Shown here piece by piece: positions 57,976 through 64,000 of a stretch of DNA of 64,000 nucleotides (within the stretch, counting starts at the first letter, position 1; each line of letters opens with the position of its first letter). This stretch comes from Clostridia bacterium. GTDB lineage: Bacteria > Bacillota > Clostridia > Oscillospirales > Acutalibacteraceae. A model generated the notes under the pieces. The model ran no database searches. It was given only the letters and a program-made list of their open reading frames with translations, and was not told where the DNA came from. The stretch spans positions 25,485 through 89,484 of the forward strand of contig JAFUHX010000031.1 of the NCBI GenBank assembly GCA_017474045.1, read 5' to 3'. A program made the translations under genes and the position numbers.

Positions 57976-58104
57976 AAAATAAAACTCCTTTCATGTTTTC
58001 TCAGAAATAGTATTTGCTGATTTTCAGAATTTTAAACTTGATTTTTCTTTTATATTTTATGCATCATTTTGTCTGAAAGTTAATAACTTTTAACCTTTAA
58101 CTTG

Positions 58105-58133
58105 TTGACTGCTATTGCTGACTTTGATAGAAT
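58105..58133 (+). promoter_or_regulatory. near-consensus sigma-A promoter for the S8 protease gene (TTGACT-17-TAGAAT with an extended -10 TG)
   Basis: TTGACT at 58105-58110, 17-nt spacer, TGaTAGAAT at 58125-58133. AGGAG at 58156-58160 lies 8 nt before the ATG at 58169. Confidence 0.6.
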
Positions 58134-58168
58134 AATTATGGAGTATTTTATTTTCAGGAGTGAGAATT

Positions 58169-61100
58169 ATGATTAATAAGCTACTTTCAATTTTTATGGC
58201 TGTTACAATGCTTTCATCCTCGTTTTCACCGATTGATAAAAACAGCTTTAATTCCATAATAGGCTATTTTTCAAATATATTTCAAAATTTTGAAAACGAA
58301 GAAGATTATGACATTTCACAAGAGCTTGACGATTTTTCTAATGATTTATCTGACCTTCTTTCAAAATACAACGAAGATAACTATTTTTCAAAAATCGTTA
58401 TTGACACAAAAAGTAACACAATTCAAAAAGACGGAGAAAGCGCTGAAAGCCTCGAAAAATATAACTTTGACTACTCTGCTGTAAATTCTCTCAATCCGAT
58501 TGTTTCTGCCGAGGCTTTATTTGATATTCTTCAGATAGAAAATGAAATTGATTATGTTTCAGGAAAAATTTCTGCCTTCCTTGACGGAGCAAAACAAAAC
58601 ATTGAGGCTCATTTTTCAAACGGAGCTACCCTTTCAGATAAAAAACAAGCTTTTCTTTACGCTGAACAGCTTGAAGATGAATTTTTTCTTGAAAGTGAAA
58701 TTGAAAACGACAAAATCATTTTAAGAAATCCATATCAGACAAAAAGACTAATAGTTCAGACTAAAAATGAAAAGAAGCTTTCAAAGAATTACGGCTGTGT
58801 TGAAAAAATTACCGACGGAAACGGCTGTTATATTCTGCAATTCAAAACAGAAAAAGAAACAAAAGATGCCTTTGAAAAACTCAGTGGAGAAAAATTTGTT
58901 GAATATGTTGTTTCAGACAAGGTTGTTTCCACTACTGCCCTTTCAGAAAGAGAAGGTGCAACTCTTATTCAAAGCGACAGATATAAAAAATATTTAAAGA
59001 AAAACAACAAAACAACTAAAATTACCGTTGCGGTTGTTGACACAGGCGTTGACACAACCCATCCATTTCTTAAAAACAGAATTGTCAGCGGATATGACGC
59101 AATCAGGAAGAAATCAACAGTTAAAGACAGAAACGGTCATGGTTCTCATGTTGCCGGAATTGTTGTTGACAACACACCATCCAATGTTAAGATCATGCCG
59201 ATTAAAGTTCTCGGTGATGACGGCTCGGGAACAGATCTGACTGTTAAGCTCGGCGTTGAATACGCAATTAAAAAGAAGGTTGACGTTATCAATATGAGCC
59301 TTGGAGGCGAATGCGCAGGAAAAGGATGTCAACAATGCGCAGCAGTCAAAAAGGCAATCAAAGCCGGAATTACAGTTGTTGTTGCCGCAGGAAACGACAC
59401 ATCAGATACTAAAAATTTTTGTCCTGCAAAAATAGACGACTGCATAACCGTTGCTTCTTGTTCTGCAGACAATGTTAATATTTCAAACTATTCTAATTTC
59501 GGAAGTTCAGTTGATGTAACGGCACCCGGAGAAAACATTCTCAGCTGCGCGCCCGGTGGCGACTATGTTAAACTAAGCGGAACATCAATGGCAACACCTT
59601 TCGCTGCCGCCGCAGTAGCGATGATTCTTGTTAACCAACCTTCCCTTTCTGTTTCAAAAACGCAAGCCAAGCTGAAATCATATTGTGCCGATATGAACAT
59701 AACAGGTTGGGATAAATATTCAGGTGAAGGTGTTATCAATTTTGGAATTGCTTTAGGAGATAATATTCCGGCAAGAACAATATATATTCCTGATGAAGAA
59801 ATCAGTATGTCTTATTTTAATAAATGCGCTAAAGAAACAGCTGAAATTTATATTGATGGAAAAGAAGGTAAAAACGAAATTCTGACCAACAGAAGCTTTA
59901 CTGTTAAGAGTTCTAACACCAAGGTAGCTTCTTTTGACGGAAAGTTCATTAATCCTAAGTCTGACGGCAAAGCAAAAATCACAATTACAATCGGGAACGG
60001 AAAGAGCGCAAGCTTTGATGTTGTTTTAAAGAAGAAAGAGGTCTGGATTGATTATGCCTCATCAAAATATGAAAAAGGTAACGGAACAAAAGATAATCCT
60101 TACATAATCAGCAACGCAAAACAACTCGCAAAGTTCGCTCTCGACATGAGAAACGGAAAATCCTTTAATGGCAAATATCTGAAGCTTTCAAAAGATATTG
60201 ACCTTAAAGGTAAATATTGGATTACTGCAGGAAGAGCTGAATACGACAACGGATGGATAACTCAGGGCGACACCGGCTTTAAAGGTGTTTTTGACGGAGC
60301 AAACCACAAAATCAAAAATATGACAGTTTTTGATGAAGATCCCGCAACGAATTGGTATAATAACAATGTTCCAAACATTGTCTGGTATCTTAATAACACT
60401 GGTTTTCTTATGAATATTAAGGGTGGTACTGTCAAGCGTCTCGGTCTTGAAAATGCTTATTGCGAAAACATTTACGGTGCGATTCTTGCAAGCTTTGTTG
60501 ACGGAAATTCAACAATCAAAAACTGCTACACAACCGGTTTCTGCCGTGGAAGCGGAATGTTTGGATCTGTTACTAATTATAATATTGAAATCAGCAACTG
60601 CTTCAGCAGCGCAACTGTTTGCAAAGCAGGAATTGCCGAATCAATCTATTCTTCAAACGACTCAAGAGGACCTGTTATTGTTTCAAACACATTTTTCTGC
60701 GGAAAACAGCTTGACGCTTCAAGTGACGAAAAAACAGGCTCTTTTTCGAATTATATTTTAGGCTGTGAGGAAACATCTCAAACTTACATTTATAATTGCT
60801 TCAGCGCCTCTAAAGCAATTAACGGTGTCGGATTTACAGATTCAATTAAATATTCAAATTTTTATAACTGCTATTATAACGAGGTTAATTCCGACGGTTA
60901 TAATGAAAAAATCAGCTCTTCAATCGACATCCGTGAGGCTTCAGCTTCTTTTTTCAAGAAAAAAAGCAGTTTTACAAAAAGCTCAAATTGGAACAATCTT
61001 TTTAAATGGGATTTCGACAACACGTGGGCAATCAGTTCTAAGGTAAATAATGGCTTCCCTTATTTGAAAAGAATGAAACCATCTGAAACTGTTTCAAAAA

Positions 61101-63829
61101 CGACCGGCACCTGGATTGACTACGCAGCCAAATCTTACGGTGGCGGAGACGGAAGCAAAAAATCACCATATCTTATTAATACCCCTTCTCAGCTTGCAAG
61201 AATTTCATATATTTATCAATATGGCGGCGGAGAAAATGTTTATTTCAAGCTTAATAAAGACATTGATCTTTCAGCTCATTATTGGTATCCTGTTTCTGCC
61301 GGTCTGAACCTCGGCAATTCAAACGGACGTTGTTATTTCAGCGGTCATATTGACGGAAACGGAAAAACAATTACCGGACTTAAAATAAAAAACGGAAAGG
61401 ATTATTGCGGTCTCATTTCAAGTCTTATTCAGGGCTCCGTTAAGAACCTTAAAATCAAAAATGCTGATATCAGTGCTCAGCGTTGCGTTGGAATAATTTG
61501 CGGCAGCAGCAACGCATATTCAAGCATTTATAACTGTTCTGTTTCCGGTAATGTTTCAGGAACTGAAATGGTTGGAGGTGTTGTTGGTGAAAATCAACCA
61601 ACATCTTCTGTTGTGGCTGTTAACAGCACTGCAACAGTCAGATCAACCTTTGATGATTCAAACTCAGCCGGCGGTATTGTTGGCATGAATGAGGGCGAAA
61701 TTATTTCTTCAACATACAAAACAACCGCCGAGGTTCCCACAAGCTTTGCAGGTATTGCAAATTGGTGCACATCAGGAAAAATTGAAAACTGTTTTAGCTT
61801 TGGTGCTTTAATATCGCCGAGTGCTTCACTTCCGGCAAGAATCGTCTCCTCATATTCTATCTTCAATAACGAAGGAATGATTTACAGCGATAGTTATGAA
61901 AACGACGTTCCGACCTATATCACATATGATAATCTTAAAAATCAAAACAGCTATATTGGTTTCGATTTTTCAAAGGATTGGAGCTGTTCTCAGGATGTTA
62001 ACTACGGTTTTCCTGTTCCAAAAAAGCCCGCACCTTCAAACAGCAAAAAAACGCTTCCTACTAAGCTTTGGAGAGATGTTAAAGCGTCTTCTTTCGGCGG
62101 TGGAAATGGAACAAAAGCATCTCCATATCTTATTAAAACCGCGAAGCAATTAGCTTATATGGTATATGCTCTTGATTATGAAAACACCTACAACGGAAAA
62201 TATTTCAGACTTGCAAATGATATAGATCTTAAAGGCAGACTGTGGAGCAATTCATTTCAAGGAGCGCTGACTGTTACTTCGTTTTATTTCGACGGCAACG
62301 GAAAAACCATTTCAAATTTAACCTCTGACAACGGTGACGGCTTGTTTCCTTTTTATTTTGAAAAAGGTGAAATTGCCAACCTCAAACTTGAAAATGTTTA
62401 CGGAGCAAGCTTTGGTATTGTAAGCAGTAACAACGGAAAAATTAAAAATTGCGCTGTTACCGGAGATTTAAAAGCATCAATTAACAAAAGCGAAGCTATT
62501 GTTAATATTTCTCAGGTAGGTGGAATTTGTAAGGACAACGGAGGAATCATTGAGCGCTGCAGCGTTAACATTACTGCTTCAGGTGACAGCAATGTTGCCG
62601 GAATATGCTCTTATGACACCGGCAGCAGTAAGGTTTTAAACTGTTTTGTAAACGCGACTTTAAAAGGCAGTCAAAGCGCTGATCCGTTTCTTGCAAACAA
62701 CAGCAGTTATAATATTAAAAACTGTCTTGGTATTGTAAATACAAAGGGTTATTATGACTATAACTCCAGCTGTTATATTCTTGGTGACACAAGCAAACCG
62801 GAGCAAAACCTTAAAAGCAAATCCACTTTTAAAAATTGGAATTTCAGTTCTGTCTGGGCAATCAGCAAAAATAAAAACAGCGGGTATCCTTATTTGAGAG
62901 ATGTAACTCAACGAAAAATTACATATAATCTCAAAGGCGGAGAGCTTCCCTCTTATGTTCAAAAAACCTATATTCCGGGTTATCAATATACTCTACCCAC
63001 TCCCACCAGAAAAAACTATTATTTCGACGGTTGGTACAAGGACTCATCATATAAAACAAAAATTACCGTTATCGGTAAAACAGACAGCGGTAACATTAAC
63101 CTTTATGCTAAATGGAAAAAAGCCTATAGCATAGCCTTTTATTCAAACTACGGAAGCAACAAAAAGGTTATACAACAAATTCCTGTTTCGGAAAAAACAC
63201 CCCTTATTGCCCTTCCGTTTGAAAGAACAGGTTATGATTTCTTAGGTTGGGCAAAAAGTAAGAACGGAAAAGTCGCTTTTAAAAACAAAGAAAAGGTTTA
63301 TAAGCTTGCTTCTGCCGGTAAAACTATTAAGCTCTATGCAGTCTGGAGCCCACGCAAATATGAAGTTATTTTTGAAAGTAACGGTGGTTCAGGCGAGATG
63401 GGAATTATGAACTGTCAGAAATTTGTTTACGGAAAGTCACAAAAATTACTGAAATGCGCCTTCAAGGCTCCGAAAGGAAAGGTATTTGCCGGTTGGTCAA
63501 TTGGATACAAAGGTGTTATTCCGACTTATAAAGACGGACAAACAGTTAAAAATCTTTCTGACGGAACAGAAGATGTAACACTCTATGCATTTTGGGTCAA
63601 GCCCGAAAGCCACAAAATTTCCTATAATTTAAACGGAGGCAAAATGCCCTCTTCATATTCAAAATCATATAAAAGCGGAACCGGATATAAGCTCCCGACT
63701 CCAACGCGAAAGGGATATAAATTTATTGGTTGGTATTCTGATTCGAATTTTAACTCAGAAAAAACAACTGAAGTTAAACCCTGGGAAACAACAGACAAGC
63801 TGTTTTATGCTCGTTGGAAAAAAGCTTAA
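58169..63829 (+). CDS. large secreted S8 (subtilisin-family) serine peptidase fused to three GLUG-type modules and four Listeria-Bacteroides (Flg_new) repeats
   Basis: 1,886 aa from the ATG at 58169; the track starts at a GTG at 58160. The domain order, with residues numbered from the track's GTG, is:
- signal peptide;
- I9-like propeptide (KRLIVQTKNE...YILQFKTEKETKDAFEKL);
- catalytic triad D294 (VAVVDTG), H327 (HGSHVAG) and S476 (SGTSMATP), with oxyanion residue N412 (AAGND);
- Ig-like segment;
- three modules opening G(G)GNG(T/S)K..PY.I......LA;
- four WYxD/GW...LYA.W repeats at the C-terminus.
There is no LPXTG, SLH or other anchor that I can see. Confidence 0.85.
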   Translation: MINKLLSIFMAVTMLSSSFSPIDKNSFNSIIGYFSNIFQNFENEEDYDISQELDDFSNDLSDLLSKYNEDNYFSKIVIDTKSNTIQKDGESAESLEKYNFDYSAVNSLNPIVSAEALFDILQIENEIDYVSGKISAFLDGAKQNIEAHFSNGATLSDKKQAFLYAEQLEDEFFLESEIENDKIILRNPYQTKRLIVQTKNEKKLSKNYGCVEKITDGNGCYILQFKTEKETKDAFEKLSGEKFVEYVVSDKVVSTTALSEREGATLIQSDRYKKYLKKNNKTTKITVAVVDTGVDTTHPFLKNRIVSGYDAIRKKSTVKDRNGHGSHVAGIVVDNTPSNVKIMPIKVLGDDGSGTDLTVKLGVEYAIKKKVDVINMSLGGECAGKGCQQCAAVKKAIKAGITVVVAAGNDTSDTKNFCPAKIDDCITVASCSADNVNISNYSNFGSSVDVTAPGENILSCAPGGDYVKLSGTSMATPFAAAAVAMILVNQPSLSVSKTQAKLKSYCADMNITGWDKYSGEGVINFGIALGDNIPARTIYIPDEEISMSYFNKCAKETAEIYIDGKEGKNEILTNRSFTVKSSNTKVASFDGKFINPKSDGKAKITITIGNGKSASFDVVLKKKEVWIDYASSKYEKGNGTKDNPYIISNAKQLAKFALDMRNGKSFNGKYLKLSKDIDLKGKYWITAGRAEYDNGWITQGDTGFKGVFDGANHKIKNMTVFDEDPATNWYNNNVPNIVWYLNNTGFLMNIKGGTVKRLGLENAYCENIYGAILASFVDGNSTIKNCYTTGFCRGSGMFGSVTNYNIEISNCFSSATVCKAGIAESIYSSNDSRGPVIVSNTFFCGKQLDASSDEKTGSFSNYILGCEETSQTYIYNCFSASKAINGVGFTDSIKYSNFYNCYYNEVNSDGYNEKISSSIDIREASASFFKKKSSFTKSSNWNNLFKWDFDNTWAISSKVNNGFPYLKRMKPSETVSKTTGTWIDYAAKSYGGGDGSKKSPYLINTPSQLARISYIYQYGGGENVYFKLNKDIDLSAHYWYPVSAGLNLGNSNGRCYFSGHIDGNGKTITGLKIKNGKDYCGLISSLIQGSVKNLKIKNADISAQRCVGIICGSSNAYSSIYNCSVSGNVSGTEMVGGVVGENQPTSSVVAVNSTATVRSTFDDSNSAGGIVGMNEGEIISSTYKTTAEVPTSFAGIANWCTSGKIENCFSFGALISPSASLPARIVSSYSIFNNEGMIYSDSYENDVPTYITYDNLKNQNSYIGFDFSKDWSCSQDVNYGFPVPKKPAPSNSKKTLPTKLWRDVKASSFGGGNGTKASPYLIKTAKQLAYMVYALDYENTYNGKYFRLANDIDLKGRLWSNSFQGALTVTSFYFDGNGKTISNLTSDNGDGLFPFYFEKGEIANLKLENVYGASFGIVSSNNGKIKNCAVTGDLKASINKSEAIVNISQVGGICKDNGGIIERCSVNITASGDSNVAGICSYDTGSSKVLNCFVNATLKGSQSADPFLANNSSYNIKNCLGIVNTKGYYDYNSSCYILGDTSKPEQNLKSKSTFKNWNFSSVWAISKNKNSGYPYLRDVTQRKITYNLKGGELPSYVQKTYIPGYQYTLPTPTRKNYYFDGWYKDSSYKTKITVIGKTDSGNINLYAKWKKAYSIAFYSNYGSNKKVIQQIPVSEKTPLIALPFERTGYDFLGWAKSKNGKVAFKNKEKVYKLASAGKTIKLYAVWSPRKYEVIFESNGGSGEMGIMNCQKFVYGKSQKLLKCAFKAPKGKVFAGWSIGYKGVIPTYKDGQTVKNLSDGTEDVTLYAFWVKPESHKISYNLNGGKMPSSYSKSYKSGTGYKLPTPTRKGYKFIGWYSDSNFNSEKTTEVKPWETTDKLFYARWKKA
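60038..62914 (+). repeat. three divergent tandem coding modules (about 285-350 aa each) inside the S8 gene
   Basis: The modules span about 60038-61084, 61106-62029 and 62063-62914. Each begins W.DYA...G.G.G.K..PY.I......LA......Y......KY(F/L)(K/R)L..DIDL and ends ...F.K..NW.F...WAIS...N.G(F/Y)PYL(K/R). GLUG-like GG(I/V)VG motifs are clearest in modules 2 and 3. Confidence 0.75.
62918..63826 (+). repeat. four Listeria-Bacteroides (InlB B-repeat / Flg_new) repeats at the S8 C-terminus
   Basis: Repeats 1 and 4 are nearly parallel: ITYNLKGGELP...YTLPTPTRKNYYFDGWYKDS...NLYAKWKKA versus ISYNLNGGKMP...YKLPTPTRKGYKFIGWYSDS...LFYARWKKA. Repeats 2 and 3 are more divergent (GYDFLGWAKS...LYAVW; FAGWSIG...LYAFW). 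Confidence 0.8.
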
Positions 63830-63834
63830 AAATC

Positions 63835-63879
63835 AGACAGCGACAACTGCCTTATGGGGCGAATTGTCGCTGTCTTTTT
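63835..63879. terminator. bidirectional intrinsic terminator after the S8 gene
   Basis: AGACAGCGACAA-loop-TTGTCGCTGTCT, a 12-bp perfect stem, followed by TTTTT on the plus strand. The minus-strand reading is followed by GATTTTT. Confidence 0.7.
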
Positions 63880-64000
63880 ATATTGTTTTATTTACAATAA
63901 TCCATTTCATGAGGAAGTGCAGCATCTATAACCGAAGAAATTATTTTTTCAAACATAAAACGCCTCAAGTTCAGCCAAGAACCGCCTCTTCGCAAAATTC

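Noticed and set aside
57461-63880. Whether mazF, the S8 protease and the 510-aa secreted protein form a single novel defence or toxin-delivery system.
   Set aside because: The three genes sit on different strands or in separate units, each with its own promoter-like element and terminator. None carries a nucleic-acid-sensing, ATPase or other typical defence-module signature. Adjacency alone does not support a system.
63888-64000. A possible 3' end of a minus-strand gene at the right edge. Frame 3 reads ...RRGGSWLNLRRFMFEKIISSVIDAALPHEMDYCK*, and a second frame ends at 63949.
   Set aside because: Two frames are open to the window edge, and neither shows a recognisable motif. The bidirectional terminator suggests a convergent gene exists, but I cannot choose the frame or name a product.
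1-64000. A by-eye search for CRISPR arrays, tRNA or rRNA genes, riboswitch-sized leaders, IS elements, integrases and phage genes.
   Set aside because: No spacer-repeat periodicity was seen, and no GC-rich cloverleaf-sized intergenic segment. All gaps are under 250 bp and AT-rich. No transposase-, recombinase- or capsid-like ORF was found. A covariance-model scan (tRNAscan-SE, Infernal/Rfam) would be needed to exclude small ncRNAs formally.

Overview
This window is a 64-kb, AT-rich block transcribed almost entirely from the minus strand. About 57 of 59 CDS are on that strand. Gene content and order match the core genome of an endospore-forming Firmicute of the Clostridia type. The recognisable conserved runs are gdpP-rplI-dnaB-tilS, priA-def-fmt-(Zn peptidase)-rsmB-rlmN-stp-prkC-rsgA-(spoVM), yicC-remA-gmk-rpoZ, scpA-scpB-ytfI-ytfJ-PBP5, tig-clpP-clpX-secG and rnhB-yraN. 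Many adjacent genes overlap by 4-14 nt, so large parts are probably long polycistronic units. By eye I found no rRNA, tRNA, CRISPR array, IS element, integrase or prophage remnant, and I see no convincing multi-gene novel system. Most of the window is ordinary housekeeping DNA. The only stretch that looks accessory is the right end, about 55.5-63.9 kb. It holds four independent single-gene units, each with its own sigma-A-like promoter and/or intrinsic terminator: a DUF1540 micro-ORF, a 510-aa secreted protein of unknown function, a MazF/EndoA toxin with no antitoxin gene, and a 1,886-aa secreted S8 subtilase fused to three GLUG-type modules and four Listeria-Bacteroides repeats. Other points worth a second look:
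- an M19 dipeptidase whose zinc-binding HxD motif lies upstream of any ATG/GTG/TTG start;
- a SpoVM-like 25-codon ORF too short for the supplied ORF track;
- a 138-aa minimal P-loop protein;
- a membrane-anchored protein with four DxDxDG motifs, translationally coupled to a two-component system;
- an isolated pyruvyl-transferase-like gene with a coiled-coil tail.
All product calls come from motif recognition in the supplied translations and from synteny. No database search was run.
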